Below are positions 9,696 through 17,815 of a DNA stretch of 25,624 nucleotides, one piece after another. Under the pieces are notes generated by a model. It saw nothing but the letters and a program-made list of their open reading frames with translations, ran no database searches and was not told the origin of the DNA. Each line of letters opens with the position of its first letter. The first letter of the stretch is position 1. The position numbers and the translations under genes were made by a program. This stretch comes from an uncultured bacterium (GTDB lineage Bacteria > Lernaellota > Lernaellaia > Lernaellales > Lernaellaceae): NCBI GenBank assembly GCA_964534375.1, contig CAZHPN010000076.1, positions 1 to 25,624 on the forward strand, given 5' to 3'.

Positions 9696-9914
9696 CTAGC
9701 AGCCGTTTCAGGTGAAGCGGGATTGGCCCGGCGAAGGCCCCGCTTCGCCGCTTTTTCCGCTCGCGCCGCCCGTTCGCGCCACGCAACCGCTGATTTTCTT
9801 CGCCGTTTCGGTCGATCCGCACCGCGGGCAGGGCGGCGCATCGGTGTCCGACAGCCGGCTCAGCCTCTCAAATCTTGCGCCGCAATTGCGGCAAACATAT
9901 TCATAAATCGGCAT
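9696..9914 (-). CDS. FmdB-family zinc-ribbon protein; conventional stop TGA 9708-9710, probable Sec readthrough to ...RFT-U-NGC-TAG (9696)
   Basis: MPIYEYVCRNCG...CPRCGS signature and GGAGG RBS make the family call firm. The sequence after the TGA is AAC GGC TGC TAG followed by a hairpin; the extension is inferred. Confidence 0.85.
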
Positions 9915-9919
9915 GCCTT

Positions 9920-10135
9920 CTATCCCTCCGGCGCGCCGCGAACGGCCGCCGCGTTGTGCTCACGAAGAACGGCCGGCTGCCCGCCCTCGGCCCTTTTTTC
10001 CGCTTGTTTCGTCGCTCCGCCCGGGAGCTTGCACGCGCTCCGCATTCAGGTGGAGATTCCCAGTTTCGGCAAGATCCACATTTGCAACGAGAACCATAAG
10101 GCCAAAATCAGCAGGGGGATCAGGATCTGTTTCAT
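9920..10135 (-). CDS. Unannotated small membrane protein, putative selenoprotein (71 aa, TGA at codon 30)
   Basis: MKQILIPLLILALWFSLQMWILPKLGIST-TGA-MRSACKLPGGATKQAEKRAEGGQPAVLREHNAAAVRGAPEG-TAG. Starts 26 nt after the ArsR stop and ends 5 nt before the FmdB ATG. Absent from the ORF track. Confidence 0.7.
10010..10035 (-). promoter_or_regulatory. SECIS-like hairpin after the in-frame TGA at 10046-10048
   Basis: CGT-gcaa-GCTCC-CGGGC-GGAGC-g-ACG; the loop starts 22 nt after the TGA, with G at loop position 2. Confidence 0.5.
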
Positions 10136-10161
10136 TTTTTTTCTCTTTTCCGCGCGCCCGC

Positions 10162-10470
10162 TCAATGCTCGCAGGTCTTCAGGCATTCCAGCAGGCGCGA
10201 CAGTTGCGGCAGCGCCAGACTGTAAAAACGACGGCCGTCGCGCCGCGCCGACTGCACCAGGCCCACCATGCGCAGGATCTTCAACTGCTGGCTGACGATC
10301 GCGCTTTCCACTTCCAGCAATTCGGCGATCTCACCGACACTGTGCGCGCGCGTGTTCAACAGGTCGACGATCCGCAGCCGCACCGGGTGCCCGAGCGCCT
10401 TCAGCGTTTCGGATCGCCGCTGCGCCGTCGCGTCGTCGAACAGCGGAATTTTTTTGTCCAGGGCATTCAT
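10162..10470 (-). CDS. ArsR/SmtB-family transcriptional regulator with C-terminal CxxxC
   Basis: LKALGHPVRLRIVDLL..SVGEIAELL...VSQQLKILR..GLV..RRDG..FYSL; ends LLECLKTCEH. Confidence 0.93.
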   Translation of the reverse strand: MNALDKKIPLFDDATAQRRSETLKALGHPVRLRIVDLLNTRAHSVGEIAELLEVESAIVSQQLKILRMVGLVQSARRDGRRFYSLALPQLSRLLECLKTCEH

Positions 10471-10479
10471 AGTGAAAAG

Positions 10480-10509
10480 ACTATATTCCTATATCGAACG
10501 GCGTGTCAA
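10480..10509 (-). promoter_or_regulatory. sigma70-type promoter of the ArsR operon (near-leaderless transcript)
   Basis: TTGACA-18 nt-TATAGT ending 9 nt before the ATG; no SD between the -10 and the start. Confidence 0.6.
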
Positions 10510-10539
10510 GCAGGGACGCTGCTTGCTGCGCGCCTATCC

Positions 10540-10593
10540 GTAGGAGCGCCTTCGTCGGCGCGAACCGCTGTGGCGCAGCCGCCTCGGCTCTGC
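10540..10593 (+). repeat. Two tandem GTAG/GTGG-type REP-like hairpins
   Basis: GTAGGA-GCGCC-ttcgtc-GGCGC-GA and GTGGCGC-AGCCG-cct-CGGCT-ctgc. Confidence 0.45.
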
Positions 10594-10758
10594 CTGCCAA
10601 CCGTCGCGCCCGTACTTCTCCGCGATGTTATTTCGATATCAGTTACCGCCCGCGAACGGTCCGGAAGGTCATTTTCTCTGCCGCGATCGTCGCTATATGG
10701 CTGCGCCCAAGCGCCAAATTTAAGCAAAATTACGAAACAAAGCCAATTTTCCGATTGC

Positions 10759-10821
10759 CTCCGGACTTCTGCCTTTCGACTACTGACTACTGGCTACTGG
10801 CTGCTGGCTACTGACTACTCC
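10759..10821. repeat. Heptamer array CTACTG(G/A) x~9
   Basis: ctccgga cttctgc ctttcga ctactga ctactgg ctactgg ctgctgg ctactga ctactcc, directly after the MATE stop. Confidence 0.85.
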
Positions 10822-10825
10822 TCTC

Positions 10826-12178
10826 TCACACCCTCGTCTTCGCCCACCTCCCGCGCCGGAACCAGAGAACGAGCAGCAGGCATTTGAGCATCGACGAGCC
10901 GGAGATCGCCCACCAGATGCCGCCCACGCCGAGCGAGGTATGCACCGCGAGCAGGTATGCCACCGGATAACGCAGCAGCGTCAGCGGCGCCTGAACCGCC
11001 ATCGGCGGCAGCGTGTTGCCCGCGCCCGAGAAGCAGCCGTCCATGACCAGTTCGACGCCCATGAAGGGCTGGCTCCAGGCGAGGATCGCGAGGTAGACCG
11101 CGGCGGCGTGCGCCACGTCTGCGCCGCCGCCGAACATGCCGGCCAGCTCCTGCGGCGCCCAACGGAAGAGCACGCCCACCGCGCCGGTGAACACGGCGAT
11201 CACCGCCGCCGCCGTCCAGGCCGCGCGCGCCGCGCGTTCCGGCTTGCCCGCGCCGAGGTTCTGGCCGACCAGCGCGCCGGCGGCGACGGAGAACCCGAGC
11301 GCGGCCGCGAACGAGATGCCTTCGTAGGTGTGGCCGATCTTGAGCGCCCCGATCTGCGCCGGTCCGAACTGCGCCGCGACGCGGGCCAGCGCCAGGTAGA
11401 CGGCGGAGAACAAGATGCCCGTCCCGGCCGCCGGCGCCCCGATGCGCGCGATGCCGGCCAGATCGCGCCACGCCAGACCCAGCCGCCCGTGCGCCGCCAA
11501 CGCGATCGGCCCGCGCTGCGCCGTCAACCGGCGGATCGACAAATAGGTCCAGAGCAGCCGCGCGACGATGGCCGCCCACGCCGCGCCGGCCGTGCCCAGA
11601 CGCGGGAAACCGCCCCAGCCGAAAATCAGGATCGGGTCCAGCAGCGAGTTGATCGCCAAACAGAGCGCCATGATCAGGAAGGGGGTGCGCACGTCTCCCG
11701 CCGCCATGAAAATCGAGTTGAACATGAACGGCAAAAAGACCAGCGGCAGGCCCAGCGCCATCGGCAGCAGATAGGCGCGCGCCTGCGCCGCGACCGCCGG
11801 CGTGGCCCCTGCGAACGCCAGCAGCGGCGGCGTCGCCGCCACCAGCAGGCCGGCCGCGCCCGCGCCCCAGGCCAGCGTGTAGAGCACGCCGCGCAGCGCC
11901 GTGCGGTCGGCCTCGGCGCGGTTCTTTTCGCCAAGCCGCCGCGCGGTTTTCGCCCGCACGCCGATGCTGAGCAGTTGCGCGAGCGCGAAGAGCATCCAGA
12001 GTACAAACGACGAGATCGTCAGGCCGGCCAGCGCGTCGGCACCCAGGTAGCTGACGAAGAAGGTGTCGACATAGTTGTTGTAGAAGCCTTGCAGCAGCAT
12101 CATCAGCGCGGCCGGCGCGGCCAGGCGCAGCAGCAGCGGGGTCAGCGGGCCGGCGGTGAGGTCGACGTCGTTGCGCAT
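10826..12178 (-). CDS. MATE-family efflux transporter
   Basis: DLTAGPLTPLLLRLAAP start, VDTFFVSYLGADALAG, GDVRTPF..INSLLDPILIFGWGGFPRLGTAGAAWA, VGQNLGAGKPERA; ATG 12178 after GAAGGA. Confidence 0.93.
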   Translation of the reverse strand: MRNDVDLTAGPLTPLLLRLAAPAALMMLLQGFYNNYVDTFFVSYLGADALAGLTISSFVLWMLFALAQLLSIGVRAKTARRLGEKNRAEADRTALRGVLYTLAWGAGAAGLLVAATPPLLAFAGATPAVAAQARAYLLPMALGLPLVFLPFMFNSIFMAAGDVRTPFLIMALCLAINSLLDPILIFGWGGFPRLGTAGAAWAAIVARLLWTYLSIRRLTAQRGPIALAAHGRLGLAWRDLAGIARIGAPAAGTGILFSAVYLALARVAAQFGPAQIGALKIGHTYEGISFAAALGFSVAAGALVGQNLGAGKPERAARAAWTAAAVIAVFTGAVGVLFRWAPQELAGMFGGGADVAHAAAVYLAILAWSQPFMGVELVMDGCFSGAGNTLPPMAVQAPLTLLRYPVAYLLAVHTSLGVGGIWWAISGSSMLKCLLLVLWFRRGRWAKTRV

Positions 12179-12195
12179 TCCTTCACAAAATACCC

Positions 12196-12251
12196 ATTGA
12201 TTGGGGATTGGGGAATGGGGAACGCGGAATGCCGAATGCGGAAGGCGGAAT
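12196..12251. repeat. Heptamer array (minus strand ATTCCGC/ATTCCCC) x8
   Basis: Minus strand: attccgc cttccgc attcggc attccgc gttcccc attcccc aatcccc aatcaat, directly after the stop at 12252. Confidence 0.85.
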
Positions 12252-12572
12252 TCAGCTCCCGGCGAAGCACTTGGTGATGCACTTGCCGAAGGTCGTGCAG
12301 TCGTTGTTGGCATCGATGGAATCGTTGCATACCACAACGCAACCGCTGAGGTCGCCGTCGTCGCAAACGTGGGCGCATTGGTTTTCCGTGAGCTGATTGC
12401 CGTTCGCCTCGGTAATCGCGGCGCCGCAGCCCTTGTAAAGCAGCTCGCAGCCGTCGGCGCACTTGCTGTTCACGACGCTCGGATGGCCGTGGGCGCCGCA
12501 GCCGGCGACGATCAGACCCGCCGCGGCCAGGAGGCAGACCGACAGAATCGCCAATCCAACAATCACTCGCAT
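12252..12572 (-). CDS. Small Cys-rich lipoprotein
   Basis: GGAAAGGA RBS; signal peptide ending IVAGC; 10 further Cys, several in CxxxC pairs. Confidence 0.8.
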   Translation of the reverse strand: MRVIVGLAILSVCLLAAAGLIVAGCGAHGHPSVVNSKCADGCELLYKGCGAAITEANGNQLTENQCAHVCDDGDLSGCVVVCNDSIDANNDCTTFGKCITKCFAGS

Positions 12573-12664
12573 GACAACGTTCCTTTCCAACGGTCGAGCG
12601 CCCGGCGCCGCCGGATTCGCGGCCGGCGAACATTTCCCGAATAACTTGACGACGTCCGGCGAAA

Positions 12665-12693
12665 ACTTTGGCGCGGCGGCGTGCGGATGTCAA
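12665..12693 (-). promoter_or_regulatory. Possible sigma70 promoter for the lipoprotein-MATE unit
   Basis: TTGACA-17 nt-CAAAGT. Confidence 0.35.
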
Positions 12694-12926
12694 CGTTCCC
12701 GGCGTGTTTGTTGCGAAATACTTTGCCGCTCCTGCGGGTCGTTCAAACGTGCGCGTCCTTCGGCAGCGCCGCCGGCTTCGGGACGTCGCGTGCGGCTAAG
12801 GTTTTTGGCCGAGCAAGTTCGGGTTTCTCCTTATGGTCGACCGCCGGGCGAATTTGGTAGTTTGCCGGCGTATTGAGGAAGCCGCGGGTCAGCCGGGGGG
12901 GCGGATCGGGCGGGCAGGGGGCGCGG

Positions 12927-13238
12927 ATGCAACGGTTAACGAAACGCAACGATCAAGAAAACCCGAACTGCGCGGTTGTCGAAGTCAGTTCTTTCCTCGA
13001 CAGCGCGTGCGCGATCGCGATCGTCGACAAAGTCCGGCGCTGCCTGCGGCGCGGCGCGCAGCGAATCGTCGTCGATCTCAGCAAGGCCAAATCGTTTTCC
13101 TTGTTCGGCCTGGCTGTGCTGTTCGATCGCGCCAACGCCGCGGGCTTGTTGTCGCGGCTTGTTTTCCGCGTGGCGGATCCGATCGTCCGGCAATTTTTCT
13201 CGACCGTGTCACATGTGCAAATGGAGGGGGCGTCATGA
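12927..13238 (+). CDS. STAS-domain (anti-anti-sigma-like) protein lacking the canonical phospho-Ser
   Basis: VVEVSSFLDSACA...GAQRIVVDLSKAKSFSLFGLAVL...VRQFF; ATGA overlap with the next gene. Confidence 0.65.
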   Translation: MQRLTKRNDQENPNCAVVEVSSFLDSACAIAIVDKVRRCLRRGAQRIVVDLSKAKSFSLFGLAVLFDRANAAGLLSRLVFRVADPIVRQFFSTVSHVQMEGAS

Positions 13239-13711
13239 TTTGCGAACATTGCGACGTGGAATGGAATCAACAAATGGAATGGCTGCTGGCCTCGCGGCCG
13301 ATGCCGAAGCCGCGGACGCGCGACGTGGTTCTGGTGATCGACGGCGACGCCTTGTCGCGCAAGCTCACCGGGCGCTATTTGAACAGCCTGGGCTGGGAGG
13401 CGATGCTGGCGGCCGACGGCGCAGCCGGCTTGGCGATTTTTCGCACGGCGGCCGATACGATCGCGGCGGTCGTGCTGGAATACCATCTGCCGGACAGCGA
13501 CGGCGCGCGGGTGCTGCGCGAATTGCGCCGCCTGCGCCCGAACGTGCCGGTCGTCGTTTGCGCGAGTCACGCGGCGGACGAGGTGGCGCGGCGCATCCCG
13601 GACGACGGCGTGTTGGATTGCCTGTCGAAACCGTTTTCCTGCGGACAACTGGAGTTGGCGGTGCGCATGGCCGGGCGCCGGCGCCGCTCCGCCTCGAAGC
13701 CGGATGCTTGA
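13235..13711 (+). CDS. Atypical single-domain receiver (phosphoacceptor Asp->Glu) with N-terminal CxxC
   Basis: GGAGGGG RBS; VLVIDGD...VVLEYHLPDSDG...PVVVCAS...LSKPF. Confidence 0.8.
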   Translation: MICEHCDVEWNQQMEWLLASRPMPKPRTRDVVLVIDGDALSRKLTGRYLNSLGWEAMLAADGAAGLAIFRTAADTIAAVVLEYHLPDSDGARVLRELRRLRPNVPVVVCASHAADEVARRIPDDGVLDCLSKPFSCGQLELAVRMAGRRRRSASKPDA

Positions 13712-13864
13712 GATTATTTAGCCCTGTGGTCGGGTCGGCTTTTTAGCCGGTTACGCGCCGGGCAGGGGGATCGCCGGGGGTCGGCGCGAGTCTCCTTGTC
13801 CGGCTCGTTCTATTTAAAGTCAGGCCAGACCCCGGGCGGCGCGGTCGCGGGGCGGCGTTCGCCG

Positions 13865-16800
13865 TCAGTGCAGGCGGCTGCTCGCATTCGGGCGGCGCAT
13901 GGCGACTTCGCGAACCGTGTTGATCAGCGACTCGGCCGGGCCGTCCTTCATCAAATACGCCGCGGCCCCCGCGTCGCGCATGACTTTCCCCATGTCGTCC
14001 TGTTGGTGCATCGACAGGCCCAGCACGCAACATTGCGGCTGCTCGGCGACGATGATCCGCGTCGCTTCAATGCCGGTCATCCGCGGCATGGTAATGTCCA
14101 TCAGGACAACGTCAGGAGCGAGTTGTCGCGCCATTTCCACCGCCTGACGGCCGTCTTCGGCCTGCCCGACGACCTCGATGCCGACCGCTTGACTCAGCAG
14201 CAGCGCCAAGCCTTCGCGGACCATGCGGTGGTCATCGGCGATCAGCACGCGCAGCGCCGAACCGGGCGCGACCGGCTCTTCGGCGTCGCGGCGGCGCGGC
14301 GCCGCGACCGGTTTCTCGACGCGCGCGGGACGGTCGTGGTAGAGCGGCGCCAGCAGCGAGACGCGGGTGCCGGCGCCGGGCGCGCTGGCGACCTCCATGC
14401 GGCCGCCGATCCATTCGAGGCGTTCGCCGATGCTGAAGAGGCCGAAACCGCCGACGGTCCGGTCCGCGGCGGCCGGCTGGGCCGGGTCGAAACCTCGGCC
14501 GCAATCGGCGACATCGATCTTCAGCAACTCGCCGACGGCGCGGCCGACCCGCACCTCCGCGCGATGCACGCCGGCGTGCTTCACGACGTTGAAGAGCACC
14601 TCGCGCAACGCCTGGAACAGCAGCATGCGCGTGTTGGTGGGGACGTCCACGTGATCGTCGAGACGCAAATCGACATCCAGGCCGTGCTTTTCCTTCATCC
14701 AGCGCGCGAGCCACTGCGTCGCCTCGGCCAGCCCGCCGTCGTAAAGAATCGGCGGGCAGATCTCGGCGGTGAGCGAGCGCGAGGCGTCGATCGATTGATT
14801 CAGCAGGTCTTTGACCTGGTCCAGACCCTGGCGCACCTTGGCGTCGTCGACGCCGATCTGCACCGTCGCCACGGAAAACTTGGCGCCGACGAGCAACTGT
14901 TGCAGGTGGTCGTGCAGCACTTCGGCCAGCCGGCGGCGTTCGCGATCTTCGGCCTGCGTCAACTCCGCCGCCATGGCGCGAAGCTGGTGCGCCCGCTTTT
15001 CCAGGGAGGCGTTCAACTCGCGCAACTGTTCCTCGGCCCGCTTGCGCTCGGTGATGTCGATGCCGATGCCGATGCGCGAGCCGTCGGAGAGGCGAACATT
15101 GGCCCAGGAACTCGCAAGCCGCGAGCCGTCTTTCCGCGTCAACACGAAATCGCGCCAACCGGGCTCGGCTTTGCCGATATATTCCGCCAGCGCCTGCCGG
15201 TCGGCCGGCTCGGGGCAAATGGCGGCCGGCAGGTCGACGCCGCGGGCCGCCTCGGTCGTCCACCCCAGAGCGCGTTCAAACTCCCGGTTCAGTGCAATCG
15301 ATCTCATGGCGTCGTCGTGAAACGTCAGCATCACCGGGATATTGTCGATCGTCTTTTGAAACATCTCGCCCTGGCGGCGCAGCGCGGCGGTGCGTTCGGC
15401 GACGCGTTGTTCGAGCGTGGCGGTCAAATCGCGCAAGGCGTCTTCGCTGCGGATGCGGTCCATGGCCACGGCGACCTGATCGGCGACGGTCTTCATCAGG
15501 GCGAGGTCTTCGTCGGAGAAACCACTGCGCGTCGTCGTTCCGAACGACAGCGTGCCGATGACTTTCTCTTGCGCCATCAACGGGTGGCAAGCGTAGGCGC
15601 GGATGCCGTAGGACCTGACCAGAGCGGTGCGCACGTCCGGCGTGTTGGGGATATCCTCGGCGACGATGCGGGCCCCGTCGCGGGCGACGCAGCCGCAAAC
15701 CGCCGTGCCGTATTCGAGCCAGGAGATGCGCCGGGCCTCTTCTTCCGGTATGCCGGCGCACGCATTCAAATGCAGCCGCCCGGCCTTTTCATCAACGAGG
15801 AAGTTGAAGAATGCCTGGCAGTCGAGATGGGCCATCACTTCGCGGCACAGCTCGTTGACCACGGTTTGCGGGTTTTTCTCGGCCAGCAAGCGGCCGGCCG
15901 TCGCCGACAGCAGGCGGAATCGCGCCTCGCTCTTGCGCAACGCCTCGTCGGCCCGCTGGCGTTCGGTGACGTCCGTGAGCACCACGGCGACCTGATCCGG
16001 CGCGGGGCGGTAGGCGTAGACGTCGTAACGCCGGTTCGATGCGGCCGCGGAAAAGTCGAAGCGGGCCGTTTCGCCGGTCCGGGCGACCGCGGCCAACGTC
16101 TCGACCAACGCGGGGTCGGCCGCCGGCAGGACCTCGCCCCAGGTCTTGCCGATGACCGCGTCGTAGGGCATGCGGGCCAATTGCTCGAAGGCGCGGTTGA
16201 TCTTCAGGAAGCGGCAGATTGTCGTTTTGTCGACGTCGTTGCGGGGCGTCTCGCAGAGGGCGAAGCCTTCGGTCATTCCCTCGAACAGCGAGTGGTAGCG
16301 GTTCTCGCTTTCGCGAACGGCGCGTTCGGCCGAGCGGCGCAGATCATCCGTCCGGTTGACCGATCTCGCGTTGGCCCAGAGCAGCCATAAAAAGCCAACC
16401 GAATAGGTGACCGCGACCAGCACGACCCCCACACCCGAGCCGAAGATGCCGCTTCGCTCGCCGTACAGCCGCAGCCAGCCGACGACCAGCGGCGCGATCA
16501 ACAGCGCCGGCAAAAGGCGGCGGGTCATGATCGAGCCCGGACGGTCGCCCTGGAGCACGCTCATCAGCCACGTGTCGGGACGCGAAAAGAACACGGCGGC
16601 AAAGAGCGCGCAAAACGCCAGACCGGTGTTCATCGCCACGGCAATGCGCACCGAGGCCGTCAGCTCCGGCACGTTGAGCAAGTAACCGACTGGCACGACG
16701 TAGCTCGCCACCGCCGCCGGCGCGGCGAGCGCGTGCGCGAGATTGGCCGCGCGGCGATCGCCGATCGCCAGCAGCGTGATGGCGCCCGCGGCGGCGACGA

Positions 16801-17209
16801 AAAGGATGGACGTCAGCAGCGCCATTCGCGACACGGGCCCCCAGAACAAATACAAGATCGGATTGCCGTCCGGCGCGGGCTCCCAGCCGGAGGCGTAGTT
16901 GATCGCGTACAGCGCCACCGAAAGGAGACCCGCCAAACCAACTAGAATTCCTGGCGCCAACACCGCCGCGCGCCGGCGATTCAGCGGCTTCGGCTGTTGC
17001 AGAAAGCTCAGTTCGATTGCCGCGAGGGTCAGGCAAACCGCCGTAATGAGGCTCATGCTGATCCACTGCGCGCTGACGCTGTTGAGCAGGGGGATGTGGA
17101 ACGCCCAGCCGACGAAGGCCAGGAAGGTCAGGGCGAGAACAATGGAGATCAACAGCCGCACGGCCGACTGGGCGGACCGCGGGACGATAAAAGAAAGCCA
17201 CCGTTGCAT
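13865..17209 (-). CDS. Membrane-bound hybrid sensor kinase: multi-TM, PAS, GAF, PAS, HisKA_3, HATPase, NarL-type receiver
   Basis: GAGGT RBS before ATG 17209; [70 protein letters not shown]. Confidence 0.92.
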   Translation of the reverse strand: MQRWLSFIVPRSAQSAVRLLISIVLALTFLAFVGWAFHIPLLNSVSAQWISMSLITAVCLTLAAIELSFLQQPKPLNRRRAAVLAPGILVGLAGLLSVALYAINYASGWEPAPDGNPILYLFWGPVSRMALLTSILFVAAAGAITLLAIGDRRAANLAHALAAPAAVASYVVPVGYLLNVPELTASVRIAVAMNTGLAFCALFAAVFFSRPDTWLMSVLQGDRPGSIMTRRLLPALLIAPLVVGWLRLYGERSGIFGSGVGVVLVAVTYSVGFLWLLWANARSVNRTDDLRRSAERAVRESENRYHSLFEGMTEGFALCETPRNDVDKTTICRFLKINRAFEQLARMPYDAVIGKTWGEVLPAADPALVETLAAVARTGETARFDFSAAASNRRYDVYAYRPAPDQVAVVLTDVTERQRADEALRKSEARFRLLSATAGRLLAEKNPQTVVNELCREVMAHLDCQAFFNFLVDEKAGRLHLNACAGIPEEEARRISWLEYGTAVCGCVARDGARIVAEDIPNTPDVRTALVRSYGIRAYACHPLMAQEKVIGTLSFGTTTRSGFSDEDLALMKTVADQVAVAMDRIRSEDALRDLTATLEQRVAERTAALRRQGEMFQKTIDNIPVMLTFHDDAMRSIALNREFERALGWTTEAARGVDLPAAICPEPADRQALAEYIGKAEPGWRDFVLTRKDGSRLASSWANVRLSDGSRIGIGIDITERKRAEEQLRELNASLEKRAHQLRAMAAELTQAEDRERRRLAEVLHDHLQQLLVGAKFSVATVQIGVDDAKVRQGLDQVKDLLNQSIDASRSLTAEICPPILYDGGLAEATQWLARWMKEKHGLDVDLRLDDHVDVPTNTRMLLFQALREVLFNVVKHAGVHRAEVRVGRAVGELLKIDVADCGRGFDPAQPAAADRTVGGFGLFSIGERLEWIGGRMEVASAPGAGTRVSLLAPLYHDRPARVEKPVAAPRRRDAEEPVAPGSALRVLIADDHRMVREGLALLLSQAVGIEVVGQAEDGRQAVEMARQLAPDVVLMDITMPRMTGIEATRIIVAEQPQCCVLGLSMHQQDDMGKVMRDAGAAAYLMKDGPAESLINTVREVAMRRPNASSRLH

Positions 17210-17815
17210 CGTTGACCTCGAATTGCACTCGGGCATTTGCCAACTTTTCTTTTCGATTATTTTGACCGCGACTACGCGCACACTATTCGCGTAGAGCGCG
17301 ATTTCGGGCCATCGGGAAAATCCCGATTCGGTGGCGCCAAAATTCCTATTGCTTCGGCAGTGGGTCTCGAAGGCGCTTGCGCAGTTATCTTTATATTTAT
17401 GAATGTGCAGGGATTCCCAGAACGCTGAAGTTCGGCGGTCGATTCGCCAACAATATTCACCGCGTCATGCCGTTTATTTGGCGAAAGATTGCGGACCGTA
17501 CACGGATCTACAGCAGGCTCGACGTATGGAACAGCGCGAGGCAAATCGTGATGCAAAGCGGCCTGCGCACCATGCTGCGCCGGTCCATTTCGGCGCGCGG
17601 GCCCGCATTCGCCGCGCCGTCGAGGGGGAGTTGATCCGACGCGCGCGTGCCGCTCCCGTCTTGCATTCCCGGCCCGATCGTTTTATGACGAGTCCATTGC
17701 AACGCTGGTCTTACGTCGCCGAATGGCGCCTGGAATGCAGGCCCAAAGTGTCCCGAAGGTTTTGGAGTCGAGCCGCGAACGGGTTATAGTCAAAGGAAGC
17801 GGGGAACGCAGAGCG

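Noticed and set aside
10132..10164. ArsR TGA as a third Sec codon (readthrough AGARKREKK would end in an ATGA overlap)
   Set aside because: No hairpin follows, the extension has no Cys, and the ArsR domain is already complete.
10940..12277. 445-aa plus-strand ORF
   Set aside because: Antisense shadow of the MATE gene.
13796..16390. 864-aa plus-strand ORF
   Set aside because: Antisense shadow of the hybrid kinase; no recognisable motifs.
17535..17570. GGCAAA..GATGCAAAGC..GGCCT resembling a c-di-GMP-I (GEMM) riboswitch
   Set aside because: Only 4 nt lie between the motifs, so the GNRA-capped stem is missing, and no second stem is evident. An Infernal scan would settle it.
17290..17720. Short ORFs between the divergent kinases
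   Set aside because: No motifs or RBS support; more likely regulatory DNA.
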